Counted from the stretch's first letter, positions 49,149-60,108 are shown. The stretch: 64,000 nucleotides of DNA from Desulfatiglandales bacterium (GCA_963666345.1 OY762721.1:2496001-2560000), one strand, 5' to 3'. A program made the numbers and translations. Notes: generated by a model not told the origin, from the letters alone.

Positions 49149-49877
49149 TCAGAGAATATCACCCCTGGTGCCTATTACAACCTCTTCTATCGGGATATCT
49201 TTTCCGGCCGTATCCATCGCCTTTTTGAGTATCACGGGCATTGCAGAACAGCAGGGCACCTCCATAATCGCCACCTTTATGCCTTTGATCTCAGCCTGTT
49301 TGAATATATCAGCAAATTTTCTGATATATTCATCCGTATCATCGAATTTGGGACATCCCATCATTACGACCCTGCCGGCAATAAAGTCTCTGTGAAAGTC
49401 GGGATAGGCGATGGGGGTGCAGTCTGCGGCTATGAGAAGCTCGGCACCCTTGAGGAAGGGAGCGTCGGGCGGCACAAGCCTGATCTGAACTGGCCAGTGG
49501 GAAAGCCTTGATTCAATACCCTGAGCGGGCTCCTCCTTATTTCCGCCCGGGGCTGAAGGAATAAATGTCTGTATCTGAGTGGATGGACAGCCGCAGGCAA
49601 GGGACTCCGACTGAGGTCTTACGCCCTTTTCCTTTGCTTCGAGATAGACCTCCACCTCTTGTTCGTCAAAGTCTTCCGCCTCTCTTTCAATCATGGTGAT
49701 GGCGCCGTTAGGGCATTCCCCCAGGCAGGCGCCAAGGCCGTCGCAGTAGCTTTCCTTTACCAGTTTAGCCTTGCCGTCGACGATTTCAAGTGCCCCTTCC
49801 GCGCAACCCGGCACGCACTCACCGCAGCCGTCACAGAGTTCTTCATCTATATGAATGATTTTTCGCATTGCCTTCAT
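49149..49877 (-). CDS. 2x[4Fe-4S] ferredoxin-domain protein (FrdX-like)
   Basis: 'CDGCGECVPGC', 'CDGLGACLGECP', 'CGCPS', 'WPVQ', 'ADC', 'GCPK', 'MEVPCC'. Confidence 0.88.
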   Translation of the reverse strand: MKAMRKIIHIDEELCDGCGECVPGCAEGALEIVDGKAKLVKESYCDGLGACLGECPNGAITMIEREAEDFDEQEVEVYLEAKEKGVRPQSESLACGCPSTQIQTFIPSAPGGNKEEPAQGIESRLSHWPVQIRLVPPDAPFLKGAELLIAADCTPIAYPDFHRDFIAGRVVMMGCPKFDDTDEYIRKFADIFKQAEIKGIKVAIMEVPCCSAMPVILKKAMDTAGKDIPIEEVVIGTRGDIL

Positions 49878-49889
49878 GTCTGCATCCCC

Positions 49890-50582
49890 TTATTTATCGT
49901 TTTCCTGTCTTAAAATACGCCTTGCCAGATCCTGGCCGCTTATGGTCAGAAATGAGGTTTTCAATATCTCGTCAAGTTCCCGGGTGCTCATCGGATTTTC
50001 CCCGGCCCTTCTTTCCAGCTTGGCGATCAGGCCTGCGTCGTGGGCGATCCTGATGCTCAGGTCGTCCTCATCTGATGCCTCCGGCAACCTGGAGATGATT
50101 TCAACGACCCGGTTTATGAGTTCCTCAGGGGCGTTTAATCCTCTGAGTATTTCTGCAGCAACGTCAGTGCCTTTCAGGATTGCCAGTTCATGGAGATAGG
50201 ATGCCGGGAGTATGACCGAAAGATCTCCTTTTTCCATTTTGGCTATTTTTTCAGCATGCCTTGCCATTTTCAGGACATTTCCGATCCTTTTAAAGTCCCT
50301 CCCCATGCGCCGCTTGGCCTCTATGGCGACCCTGTCTTTAAGAAGATCCTGCCTTCGGGCGATCAGCTCAGGAGGCAGATTCCCAATGCATTGATCAGCA
50401 TGCTGACAGTAAGCGGCGCATCCGAAATCCATCTCCGGGTTCAAAAACCTGTGACCGCAGTTGCCGCACCTGCGGGTCGTGTCATCCTTGAAAAATTCCA
50501 CTTTTTTACCGCACACCGGGCATTCGGCCTCAAATATCGCACCCGGTTTCCAGTAACGGCTGTCTTGTCCGGGACATTTCAT
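49890..50582 (-). CDS. Cys-rich metal-binding domain fused to degenerate HD domain
   Basis: Start MKCPGQDSR after AGGAG; CPxCG, CxxCG, CxxxCxxxxxC; HD-like 'RIGNV...YLHEL'. Confidence 0.75.
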   Translation of the reverse strand: MKCPGQDSRYWKPGAIFEAECPVCGKKVEFFKDDTTRRCGNCGHRFLNPEMDFGCAAYCQHADQCIGNLPPELIARRQDLLKDRVAIEAKRRMGRDFKRIGNVLKMARHAEKIAKMEKGDLSVILPASYLHELAILKGTDVAAEILRGLNAPEELINRVVEIISRLPEASDEDDLSIRIAHDAGLIAKLERRAGENPMSTRELDEILKTSFLTISGQDLARRILRQENDK

Positions 50583-50636
50583 GGCTTTTCTCCTCAGTTT
50601 TTGTCTTGACATTAGGGGAAAGAGGTTGATTATGCC

Positions 50637-50650
50637 TTGACTTAAGTCAA
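50637..50650. promoter_or_regulatory. Crp/Fnr (HcpR-type) binding site
   Basis: Perfect TTGAC-ttaa-GTCAA between the divergent Crp/Fnr gene and the FeS operon; TAATGT -10 at 50609-50614 on the minus strand. Confidence 0.75.
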
Positions 50651-50768
50651 AAAAAGGTATTTTTTTTGAAGACAGCATCTTTTTTTTTAAAATGATGTTT
50701 ATAGAAATTAATGTTGGTAATGGTTTTTACAAGGGAATGCGCCTGCGGCACAGGTTAAGAAGAGATAA

Positions 50769-51449
50769 ATGGATATAATAGATCAGCTTTCATCCGGTTC
50801 CTTTTTCAAGGGCCTGCCCAGGGAACAGCTCAAATCGCTTTCCGGGATAGTCGTTGACAGAGGGGTGGAAAAGGGACAGCTTATCTTTTCAGAGGGAGAG
50901 GAAGGGATAGGCTTTTTTGTAGTGACCTGTGGGAGAATAAAGGTGTTTAAGATCTCTCCTGATGGAAAGGAGCAGATACTTCATATATTCGGCGTCGGAG
51001 AACCTTTCGGTGAGGTCCCCGTATTTGAGGGGAAAAGTTTCCCGGCCAGCGCAGAGGCCCTGGAAAGGGGCCGGGTCCTGTTCTTTCCCAGAGAGGCCTT
51101 TATAGATCAGATAAGAAAAAATCCCGATTTTGCCCTGAGCATGCTGGCAATTCTCTCAAAAAGGCTAAGGGTCTTTACTCGTCTTATTGAAGATCTTTCC
51201 CTGAAAGAGGTGCCGGCAAGGCTGGCGGCATACCTTCTGCATCTCAGGGATCTCAGAGGGGCCGGAGATAAGCTGGAACTTGATATCTCAAAGGCGCAAC
51301 TGGCAAGTATCCTTGGAACCATACCTGAAACCCTGTCGAGGATATTGGGGAAACTGAAAAGAAGGGGAATCATCGACATATCGGGTGGGACTATAAGTAT
51401 CCTGGACACCGGGATGCTGGAGCAGTTGGCTGAAACGGGAGCCCTTTAA
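50769..51449 (+). CDS. Crp/Fnr-family regulator (HcpR-like)
   Basis: cNMP-like domain 'GKEQILH...FGEV'; HTH 'LASILGTIPETLSR'; no Fnr Cys cluster. Confidence 0.88.
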   Translation: MDIIDQLSSGSFFKGLPREQLKSLSGIVVDRGVEKGQLIFSEGEEGIGFFVVTCGRIKVFKISPDGKEQILHIFGVGEPFGEVPVFEGKSFPASAEALERGRVLFFPREAFIDQIRKNPDFALSMLAILSKRLRVFTRLIEDLSLKEVPARLAAYLLHLRDLRGAGDKLELDISKAQLASILGTIPETLSRILGKLKRRGIIDISGGTISILDTGMLEQLAETGAL

Positions 51450-51450
51450 T

Positions 51451-51610
51451 TAGTGCACATACAGAAATGGAACATTTCTGTATGTTGCTTTCAGCCGTCA
51501 GCTATCTGCAAGTAACCAATAAGTTGATATTTCGAATGTTCCACTGACGGCTGAGAGCTGATTGCTGATAGCATGAGTCGATAAATCTTGATTTATGGAT
51601 GAATCCAATT
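51451..51610. repeat. MITE-like element with CAGCTxT/AGCTGA heptad-type internal repeats
   Basis: gctttcagccgtcag pairs with ctgacggctgagagc; imperfect terminal IR catacagaaat / atttatggatg. Confidence 0.55.
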
Positions 51611-51874
51611 AAGGCCTTGAGCATACCTTAAATTGTTGCAACCTGTTTATTGGAAGGGCGGCATTATAGGGGAAAAACGAGTTTTTTATAGAAATTTGAA
51701 AAATTGTGCCTATAATATTCAGGGAAGCATTTAGGGTTGCGTTACAACTCTGCCATACCGTAAAAGCGCTTTGGAAAATTCCTATACCAAGGATCGCCAG
51801 GGGGAAGAATAAGCGGTAATTCAATCCTTCTGGCGATTTAAATTAATGCATAAGTTACCTGGAGGTTAAACAAA

Positions 51875-53716
51875 TTGAACCCATTTTATAAAAATCTTGC
51901 CCTGTGGCTTGTCATCAGTCTTATGATGGTAATGCTCTTCCAGATATTTAAACAACCCAGTACGGGAAGTATTCCTGTAAGTTACAGCGATTTTCTGAAC
52001 ATGGTTCAGGAGGAAAGCGTCAATCAGGTTGTTATCCAGGGCGACACCATAACAGGAATGTCGGCAAGGGGCCCCTTCAAGACCTACGCCCCTAAAGATC
52101 CCGAACTGATCAAACTTCTCACCAACAAGGGCGTTGAGATAACAGCCAAGCCTGAAGAGGATTCCTCCTGGTTTCAGGTCTTTTTGTCATGGGTACCGAT
52201 GCTCCTTTTGATAGGTGTATGGATTTTTTTCATGCGCCAGATGCAGGCGGGCGGAGGAAAGGCCATGTCTTTTGGAAAGAGCAGGGCCAGATTGATGTCC
52301 GATTCCCAGGAGAAGGTCACCTTTGATGATGTAGCCGGAATCGACGAGGCAAAGGAAGAACTGCAGGAAATAGTTGAGTTTCTACGGGACCCTAAGAAGT
52401 TTACCCGGCTTGGTGGAAGGATTCCAAAGGGTGTCCTTCTGGTCGGTTCGCCCGGAACAGGAAAAACCCTGCTTGCCAGGGCAATCGCGGGTGAGGCGGA
52501 CGTGCCTTTTTTCAGCATAAGCGGGTCCGATTTTGTCGAGATGTTCGTGGGAGTCGGGGCTTCAAGGGTCAGGGACCTCTTTGTCCAGGGGAAAAAGAGC
52601 GCCCCCTGTATCATATTTATAGATGAGATAGACGCTGTAGGAAGACACAGGGGCGCAGGCCTTGGGGGGGGGCATGACGAACGGGAGCAGACCCTGAACC
52701 AGTTGCTTGTGGAGATGGACGGCTTTGAATCCAACGAGGGGGTTATACTGATATCGGCTACCAACAGGCCTGATGTCCTTGACCCGGCGCTGTTAAGACC
52801 AGGAAGATTCGACCGGCAGGTAATGGTTCCGGTTCCCGACCTAAGGGGAAGGGAGGGCATACTAAAGGTCTATCTCAACAAAAAACTTGCCGCGGACAAT
52901 GTGGATGCGCATGTGCTTGCAAGGGGCACGCCGGGTTTTACAGGCGCCGACATAGAGAACATGGTAAATGAAGCGGCCCTTATGGCGGCAAGACGCGGCA
53001 AGGACCGTGTTGAAATGGAGGACTTCGAGGACGCCAAAGACAAGGTGCTCATGGGCGCCGAGCGGAGGAGCATGATAATTAGCGATGATGAGAAGAAGAT
53101 AACCGCCTATCATGAATCCGGCCACACCCTGGTTGCCAGGCTTCTTCCCGGTACGGACCCCATACACAAGGTCACGATCATACCGAGGGGAAGGGCACTT
53201 GGCCTGACCCAGCAGCTTCCGCTGGATGAAAAACACACATATCCGAAAGAGTATCTCCTGAACAATATCTCGATCCTTATGGGGGGAAGGGCGGCTGAGC
53301 AGATTATCCTCAACACGCAGACCACCGGAGCAGGAAATGACATTGAGCGGGCCTCCGACCTTGCCAGGAAAATGGTATGCGAATTTGGAATGAGTGATGA
53401 ATTGGGACCTCTTACCTTCGGGAAAAAGGATGAGCAGATTTTTCTGGGCCGCGAAATCTCTCAGCACAGGGACTACAGTGAGTCTACAGCCCAGAAGATC
53501 GATGCCGAGGTCAGGGGTATCATAACAAGGGCGTATGATGAAACATGCGGGCTGATAAGGGATAATCTGGATACTGTCCACCGGATGGCGCAGGCCCTTC
53601 TTGAAAAAGAGACCCTTGACAGCAAGGCCATTGATGAAATAATCGCAGGCGCGGGCAAGAGCGAGGTCAAAGAGTCGGAAAAGGAGACCGAAACGCCTGG
53701 TGACGGCTTGGCCTGA
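51875..53716 (+). CDS. ftsH: ATP-dependent zinc metalloprotease FtsH
   Basis: 2 TM, 'GSPGTGKT', 'FIDEID', '[18 protein letters not shown]', 'HESGH'; TTG start after GGAGG. Confidence 0.97.
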   Translation: MNPFYKNLALWLVISLMMVMLFQIFKQPSTGSIPVSYSDFLNMVQEESVNQVVIQGDTITGMSARGPFKTYAPKDPELIKLLTNKGVEITAKPEEDSSWFQVFLSWVPMLLLIGVWIFFMRQMQAGGGKAMSFGKSRARLMSDSQEKVTFDDVAGIDEAKEELQEIVEFLRDPKKFTRLGGRIPKGVLLVGSPGTGKTLLARAIAGEADVPFFSISGSDFVEMFVGVGASRVRDLFVQGKKSAPCIIFIDEIDAVGRHRGAGLGGGHDEREQTLNQLLVEMDGFESNEGVILISATNRPDVLDPALLRPGRFDRQVMVPVPDLRGREGILKVYLNKKLAADNVDAHVLARGTPGFTGADIENMVNEAALMAARRGKDRVEMEDFEDAKDKVLMGAERRSMIISDDEKKITAYHESGHTLVARLLPGTDPIHKVTIIPRGRALGLTQQLPLDEKHTYPKEYLLNNISILMGGRAAEQIILNTQTTGAGNDIERASDLARKMVCEFGMSDELGPLTFGKKDEQIFLGREISQHRDYSESTAQKIDAEVRGIITRAYDETCGLIRDNLDTVHRMAQALLEKETLDSKAIDEIIAGAGKSEVKESEKETETPGDGLA

Positions 53717-53732
53717 CAGGAAACGATAAGCA

Positions 53733-54578
53733 ATGTCGAGCATCCTTGAATGGGCAGGTTACAGCCTGAATATCGGCAAACGAACCCATATAATGGGTAT
53801 CCTGAATGTCACACCTGATTCCTTTTCAGACGGGGGCCGCTATCTTGCGAAGGAAAAGGCGATAGCTCACGGCCTTGAGATGGCAGCCGACGGTGCGGAT
53901 ATTATCGACGTGGGGGGTGAATCAACAAGGCCCTACTCGGAAAAAGTTTCAGCATCGGAGGAGATCGACAGGGTTGTGCCTGTTATTGAGGCCCTGAAAA
54001 GGGATGTTTCTATTCCCATCAGCATAGATACTAGGAAATCGGAGGTGGCAAAAGAGGCGCTAAAGGCCGGGGCCTCCATGGTGAATGATGTAAGCGCGCT
54101 TACATTTGATCCTTTAATGGCAAGAACGGTATCAGAGGCGGAAGTCCCAGTGGTTCTGATGCATATGAAGGGCAGCCCCGAGACGATGCAGGATAAACCT
54201 GTATATGATGACCTTCTCGCGGAAATAATCGAATATCTTGAATCCGCAATCAAAAGGGCCTTGGATGCCGGAATCAGGGAAGATCTCACCATCGTGGATC
54301 CTGGAATAGGTTTTGCCAAGACCTTTGAGCACAACCTGAGACTAATAAACAGACTGTCCGAGTTAAGATGCCTTAACAGGCCAATACTGCTCGGTACCTC
54401 AAACAAGGCATTCATAGGCCACCTCCTTGACAAGGACGCTGCTGAAAGAGATACGGGCTCAATGGCCACGGTAGCCGCCGGCATAATGAGGGGGGCCGAC
54501 ATAGTCCGCGTACACGACGTTAAAAAGGCCCGGGATACTGTGATCATGATTGATGCCGTCATGAAGGAGAAGGCCTAG
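53733..54578 (+). CDS. folP: Dihydropteroate synthase
   Basis: 'MGILNVTPDSFSDGG', 'DVGGESTRP', 'DPGIGF', 'RVHDV'. Confidence 0.96.
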   Translation: MSSILEWAGYSLNIGKRTHIMGILNVTPDSFSDGGRYLAKEKAIAHGLEMAADGADIIDVGGESTRPYSEKVSASEEIDRVVPVIEALKRDVSIPISIDTRKSEVAKEALKAGASMVNDVSALTFDPLMARTVSEAEVPVVLMHMKGSPETMQDKPVYDDLLAEIIEYLESAIKRALDAGIREDLTIVDPGIGFAKTFEHNLRLINRLSELRCLNRPILLGTSNKAFIGHLLDKDAAERDTGSMATVAAGIMRGADIVRVHDVKKARDTVIMIDAVMKEKA

Positions 54579-54613
54579 AACAATAAATCTCGGCTCTTTT
54601 ATGAGGAAGTCTT

Positions 54614-55381
54614 ATGCTTTTCTGTGTGGATATAGGCAACACTAACATAGTGCTTGGTGTTTCGGACGATGAAAAGGTGGTTGAGTACTGGAGGATAAGG
54701 ACCGATAAGAGGACAACCGAAGATGAGCTGGCGATCCTTGTGTCCAGCCTCCTGGATTCGGCGGACATAAAAACAGATGATATCAGTGATGTGATAATAT
54801 CCTGCGTGGTCCCTCCCCTTTTGAACACATTTGAAAAGTATTGCCGCAGGTATCTGGGCCTGGTTCCGATGATAGTGGGACCTGAACTTGATGTTGGTAT
54901 GCCGATCAGATATGAAAACCGTAAGGAAGTGGGGGCGGACCGCATCGTAAATTCGGTGGCGGCCTACGAAAAATATGGGTCAGCCCTGATCGTCGTTGAT
55001 TTCGGCACCGCTACAACCTTTGATTTTGTCTCCGGCAGGGGAGAATATATGGGAGGAGCGATCGCGCCCGGGATATCGATATCGTGCGAAGCTCTTTTCC
55101 AAAGCGCCTCCAAACTACCCAGGGTGGATTTTTCAACCCCCCCCAAGGAGGTCATAGCAAAGGAGACCTCCAGAAGTATGGCTGCGGGTATCGTCTTCGG
55201 TTATGCCGGTCTGGTCGACGGAATAGTGGAGCGCATGAAAAAGGAGTCCGGGGACAGCCCCAGGGTCATAGCCACAGGCGGGCTGGCCTCTGTCATCTGC
55301 GGAGTTTCGAACACGATAGAACTCGTTGAGGAGAATCTGACCCTCAACGGCCTGATGATTATCTTCAACCGGAACAAGTAA
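54614..55381 (+). CDS. coaX: Type III pantothenate kinase
   Basis: 'DIGNTN', 'VGADR', 'VDFGTATT', 'GGAIAPG', 'ATGG'. Confidence 0.95.
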   Translation: MLFCVDIGNTNIVLGVSDDEKVVEYWRIRTDKRTTEDELAILVSSLLDSADIKTDDISDVIISCVVPPLLNTFEKYCRRYLGLVPMIVGPELDVGMPIRYENRKEVGADRIVNSVAAYEKYGSALIVVDFGTATTFDFVSGRGEYMGGAIAPGISISCEALFQSASKLPRVDFSTPPKEVIAKETSRSMAAGIVFGYAGLVDGIVERMKKESGDSPRVIATGGLASVICGVSNTIELVEENLTLNGLMIIFNRNK

Positions 55382-55465
55382 CGGCCCTTCCCAGCGGTGT
55401 CTGTCTTTATCTGAAAAGTCTCAAAGCCGGTCATTCATAAGCGTGGACAAACGGGTCACAATATT

Positions 55466-56389
55466 ATGGAAAGATTACCTCTTATGATACCTCGGATGCT
55501 TGAAAAGGGTGACAGGGTTGGAGTAATCTCCCCTTCCGGACCTGTCCATGAGTCTGAACTTGAGCAGGGGCTCGATATGCTGAAGTCTTCAGGCTATGAA
55601 GTTGTCCTTGGATCAGGTGTCTATCTGCGGCATGGATACATGGCAGGAGAAGACGGCCTCAGGTTGGCCGATTTTCACGACATGTTTGCAGACCCTGAAA
55701 TAAAAGCCGTTTTCTGCAGTCGCGGCGGATATGGGGCGATGCGGCTGCTGAGGAATATCGATTATGAACTGGTCAGGAATAATCCCAAGTTATTTATAGG
55801 GTACAGTGACATTACCGCCCTTCACATGGCACTGCATCTGCGTACCGGTCTTGTATCTTTTCACGGGCCCGTTGTAAGGGGATTTCATGAAAATAAGGGG
55901 GCCAATTTTAAAAAAATGATTGAGGTTGTCTCCAACCCTCAGCCTCAGCCGCTGTCACTTAAAATGGGATCCGTCCTTGCCGCAGGCAAGGCGAAGGGAC
56001 CCTTGATGGGAGGAAATCTCAGCGTGATCTGCAGCCTTCTCGGAACCCCGTATCTTCCCTCTTTCAAGGGGAGTGTTTTTTTTATGGAAGACAGGGGAGA
56101 GCAGCCTTACCGCGTGGACAGGATGTTGACCCAGCTTCTGATGAGCGGGAAGATCGATGATATAAGCTGCCTTTTATTGGGCGAATTCAGGGAATGCGGC
56201 GAAGATGAAGCGATTGCAGATCTGATGAAAGAAAGGCTGGCAGGGCTGGGGATTCCTGTAATCAAAGGTCTTCCCGTGGGTCATGGGGCAAATAACCTTG
56301 CACTGCCTATAGGCGTCAACGTTGAAATCGACAGCAGCAGCATGGCCCTTTCGTTTATACAGAAACCTGTTTCAAACAGGCCGGATTAA
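55466..56389 (+). CDS. ldcA: LD-carboxypeptidase (S66)
   Basis: 'RGGYG', 'GYSDIT', 'GGNL', 'FMED', 'VGH'. Confidence 0.9.
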   Translation: MERLPLMIPRMLEKGDRVGVISPSGPVHESELEQGLDMLKSSGYEVVLGSGVYLRHGYMAGEDGLRLADFHDMFADPEIKAVFCSRGGYGAMRLLRNIDYELVRNNPKLFIGYSDITALHMALHLRTGLVSFHGPVVRGFHENKGANFKKMIEVVSNPQPQPLSLKMGSVLAAGKAKGPLMGGNLSVICSLLGTPYLPSFKGSVFFMEDRGEQPYRVDRMLTQLLMSGKIDDISCLLLGEFRECGEDEAIADLMKERLAGLGIPVIKGLPVGHGANNLALPIGVNVEIDSSSMALSFIQKPVSNRPD

Positions 56390-56502
56390 CGTGGAAGGGC
56401 TGATTCTTAAATACAACCTTGATCCCCCGGGTCCCTGGACCCTCTTCTGCAATCAAGTTGGAGAAGAACCAAATATTTAAGAAAGAGTGTGATCTTGTTT
56501 TT

Positions 56503-59500
56503 ATGACTCATCCTTTAGATAACCATATCGCCACCCTTGAAAACAGAATAAAAAAAGGCGACAGGAGTGTAAAAGTTGCAGGTATTTCAGGCGCGGCCCT
56601 TTCCTATTTTTTTTCAAGATTTTTAAAGCAACTTGAAAATCCCTGTGTAGTGGTTCTTCCGAAAAGAAAGGATGCCGAGTTGTTACTCAGAGAACTCGGT
56701 TTTTTTTCCGCCATTAACGGACAAGGACACCGTAACGGCTGTCAGGGTATGTACGAGTATCCGCCATATGACATGACCCCCCTTACAGGGCTAAGCCCGC
56801 ATATGGAGGTGATTTCAAGGCGACTTGAAGCGCTTTATGCCCTGATGACCGAAAAACGGCCTGTAATTGTTACCTCGGTCGAGGCCGTTTCATTTAAGAC
56901 TCTTCCCAAATCGTCGCTTGCCGCATCTCTTGAATATCTTGAGGTAGGAGAAGATGTGGAAAGGGATGATTTATTGAAAAGGCTTGAAGACATGGGGTAT
57001 CAGCGCAGCTCACTTGTCGAGGCAAGAGGGGATTATTCGGTCAGAGGAGGAGTAATAGACCTTTTCCCTCCGCTTTATGATCTGCCGTTGCGCATAGAGT
57101 TCTGGGGTGACCATGTCGAATCCATACGTGCCTTTGATGCCCTGAGCCAGAGATCACAGGAAGATGTGAAAGAGATCTCGATTCTGCCTTCTTCAGAGAT
57201 AATTCGGGGAGAAGAAAATATAAAGAGGGCAAGGTCCATGGGAAGGCTTCCGGTTGAAGGTGAATTCGGCAGGGGTTTTCCAGGGCAGGAAGCGTGGATG
57301 AATCATTTTTATCCCTGCCTTGATTCCCTTTTTGACTATATCCCGGATAACGGAGTATTAGCCCTTTTTGAACCGCATCGATTTGAAGCTGTCTCAAAAG
57401 GGATTGAAAAGAAATTCGATGAAGACCTGGAAAGATTTCGAAAAGAATCGAGCACAAAGGGAAAACCCTTTCCTGTTGCTGAAGGGTGCCTGATCGGTTC
57501 AGCGGAAATGTCAGCATACCTGCAGGGAATTCAGCGGCTCGAGTTCTCGCAGCTGGGTTTGACGCCCGAATCAGAAGATATTCCCGGGATTTCGATAAAG
57601 GGCAACTTTTCATCCTTTGAGACCCTCGATATCGCTATCGCAGGCAAGGGCAGAATCTCTCTTGCTCCGCTTGCCGAAAAAGTTTCAACCTGGGTCGGTT
57701 CAGGTGCCAGGGTAGTGATTGTCAGCAGGACGATGCAGCAGGCAAATCGTATAGGAGAAATACTTGAAAACTATGATGTGAGAGTGGATGAGACGGTGCA
57801 AAACTGGTCCCGGGTATCAGGTGGAGCAGGAATAACTGTTTGCCTGGGAAGACTTTCAAAGGGATTCACCTGGCCCGATATAGGGCTCTATATAATTAGT
57901 GAAGATGAGATCTTCGGTCCGAAGAGCAGTTCGAGACCCAGAAAAAGGAGGGCGAGTGAGAATGTCGTTTCCTGGTCCTCTTTCAGTCAGCTCAGGAATG
58001 GTGATTTTGTGGTTCACGAGGATCATGGAATCGGCCGGTACGGCGGACTGATCAAGATGGAGGTGGAAAACAAGGCGAATGATTTTGTGATTATCGAGTA
58101 TGCAGACAGAGACAGACTATATGTCCCTGCGGATCGATTGAGCATCCTTCAAAAATATGCAGGCGCAGACGAAGGCGATCCCAGGGTTGATCTTCTGGGA
58201 GGGCGTTCATGGAAAGTCGCCAAACAGAAGGCCAGAAAATCCGTCAAGAGGATTGCAAAGCAGCTTGTTGAGATATACGCGCTCAGGAAATATAGGAGCG
58301 GGTTCTCTTTTTCTCCCCCCGACGGCTATTTCAGGGAGTTTGAGGCGACTTTCGCTTATGAGGAAACAAACGACCAGCTAAAGGCGATTGATGACGTGCT
58401 TGAGGATATGTCTTCCGAGCGCCCCATGGATCGTCTGATATGCGGGGATGTGGGATTCGGAAAGACGGAGGTGGCGCTAAGGGCGGCATTTAAGGCCGTG
58501 TCCGACGGAAAGCAGGTGGCCATCCTTGTCCCCACAACCGTGCTGGCGGAACAGCACTATGAGACTTTCAGGAGTAGGATGGCCCCGTTTTCCGTTCGTG
58601 TCGGCCTGATGAGTCGATTCAGGGCGAGAAAGGATCAGTCTGAAGTCGCTGGAAAGGTCAGGGCTGGAAAGATAGATGTCCTGGTCGGAACACACAGGAT
58701 ACTTCAAAAAGATGTCGGCTTCAGGGACCTTGGGCTTCTGATAATAGATGAAGAGCAGAGATTCGGGGTAAAGCAAAAGGAGTTGCTCAAAAAGTACCGG
58801 TCCCTTGTTGATGTCCTTGCAATAACCGCTACTCCTGTGCCTAGGACGCTTCATTTGTCCATGATGGGGGTTCGTGACATCAGCATTATAGAGACCCCTC
58901 CTGAAGACAGGCAGGCAGTAGAAACCTATCTGTCTCCTTATGACGATGCCCTTGTAATCCGTTCAATACAGACGGAGCTTGAAAGAAATGGCCAGGTGTT
59001 TTTTGTTCACAACAGGGTCAAGGACATAGGGGCGGTTGCGGATCATTTGAGGGAATTGATGCCGGATGTCAGATTTGCCGTAGCCCACGGGCAGATGAAG
59101 GAAAAGGATCTCGAGAAGACGATGATGCATTTTCTCGAAAAACAGATCGATGTGCTCGTATGCACCACCATAATAGAGTCAGGGCTGGATATCCCCTCAG
59201 CCAATACCATAATAATCGACCGGGTTGAACGCCTGGGTCTTGCCCAGATATACCAGTTAAGAGGAAGGGTTGGCAGGTCAAAGGAAAAGGCATATGCCTA
59301 TCTGCTGCTGTCTGTCGGTTCCACCCTGACAAAGGACGCTGAAAAAAGGCTGAGGGCGCTCATGGATTTTTCACATCTTGGCGCCGGTCTTCATCTTGCC
59401 ATGCATGACCTCAAAATCAGGGGAGGAGGAAATATCCTGGGATTTGCTCAATCTGGTCACATCTCAGCCGTAGGGTATGAAATGTATCTTAAATTTATTG

Positions 59501-59985
59501 AACGTGCCGTTTCCGAATTAAAGGGAGAGGAGCGGTATGAGCATATTGATCCTGAAATAAATGCTGATATAGCGGCCTTTTTGCCTGAGGATTATATAAT
59601 TGATACTGATGTCAGGCTCAATATCTACAGGCGGCTTTCAACGCTAAGAGAAAAAATCGAACTTGAAACCATCTCCAGGGAGATCAGGGACCGTTTCGGG
59701 ATCCTGCCTGAGGAGGCGGAGAACCTCCTGGCCCTTATGGCCCTCAGATTGATGTTGAGGGACCTTGGTATAAGAAGGCTGGATATAGGCAGGAATTCTT
59801 TTGTGCTGACTTTTTCGGAAGATGGAAGGGTCAAACCTGATAAGCTGGTTGAGGCAGTGGCCGGTAAACCTAACGGATATAGATTCATATCTCAGAACAG
59901 ATTAAAGATCTCCATGGTCCGTTTATCTCTTCCCGGTGACCTTCGGAGAATAGAAGAATCGATTAATTCCCTTAATCTTCAATAG
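56503..59985 (+). CDS. mfd: Transcription-repair coupling factor
   Basis: UvrB-like region, CarD/RID 'VVHEDHGIG', 'GDVGFGKTEVA', 'DEEQRFGV', 'QLRGRVGR', TRG motif; likely start ATG 56503. Confidence 0.96.
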   Translation: MTHPLDNHIATLENRIKKGDRSVKVAGISGAALSYFFSRFLKQLENPCVVVLPKRKDAELLLRELGFFSAINGQGHRNGCQGMYEYPPYDMTPLTGLSPHMEVISRRLEALYALMTEKRPVIVTSVEAVSFKTLPKSSLAASLEYLEVGEDVERDDLLKRLEDMGYQRSSLVEARGDYSVRGGVIDLFPPLYDLPLRIEFWGDHVESIRAFDALSQRSQEDVKEISILPSSEIIRGEENIKRARSMGRLPVEGEFGRGFPGQEAWMNHFYPCLDSLFDYIPDNGVLALFEPHRFEAVSKGIEKKFDEDLERFRKESSTKGKPFPVAEGCLIGSAEMSAYLQGIQRLEFSQLGLTPESEDIPGISIKGNFSSFETLDIAIAGKGRISLAPLAEKVSTWVGSGARVVIVSRTMQQANRIGEILENYDVRVDETVQNWSRVSGGAGITVCLGRLSKGFTWPDIGLYIISEDEIFGPKSSSRPRKRRASENVVSWSSFSQLRNGDFVVHEDHGIGRYGGLIKMEVENKANDFVIIEYADRDRLYVPADRLSILQKYAGADEGDPRVDLLGGRSWKVAKQKARKSVKRIAKQLVEIYALRKYRSGFSFSPPDGYFREFEATFAYEETNDQLKAIDDVLEDMSSERPMDRLICGDVGFGKTEVALRAAFKAVSDGKQVAILVPTTVLAEQHYETFRSRMAPFSVRVGLMSRFRARKDQSEVAGKVRAGKIDVLVGTHRILQKDVGFRDLGLLIIDEEQRFGVKQKELLKKYRSLVDVLAITATPVPRTLHLSMMGVRDISIIETPPEDRQAVETYLSPYDDALVIRSIQTELERNGQVFFVHNRVKDIGAVADHLRELMPDVRFAVAHGQMKEKDLEKTMMHFLEKQIDVLVCTTIIESGLDIPSANTIIIDRVERLGLAQIYQLRGRVGRSKEKAYAYLLLSVGSTLTKDAEKRLRALMDFSHLGAGLHLAMHDLKIRGGGNILGFAQSGHISAVGYEMYLKFIERAVSELKGEERYEHIDPEINADIAAFLPEDYIIDTDVRLNIYRRLSTLREKIELETISREIRDRFGILPEEAENLLALMALRLMLRDLGIRRLDIGRNSFVLTFSEDGRVKPDKLVEAVAGKPNGYRFISQNRLKISMVRLSLPGDLRRIEESINSLNLQ

Positions 59986-60108
59986 ATTTTTGAGATCAGT
60001 CAAAAAGGCTCCCTGAAAAAATCTGCTTGCAATTTCCATCATTACTGGTAGTTTTATCAATTTAGGATTTTCTTGTTTTTAATTGAAATATTCCAGATAT
60101 ATTGAAAA

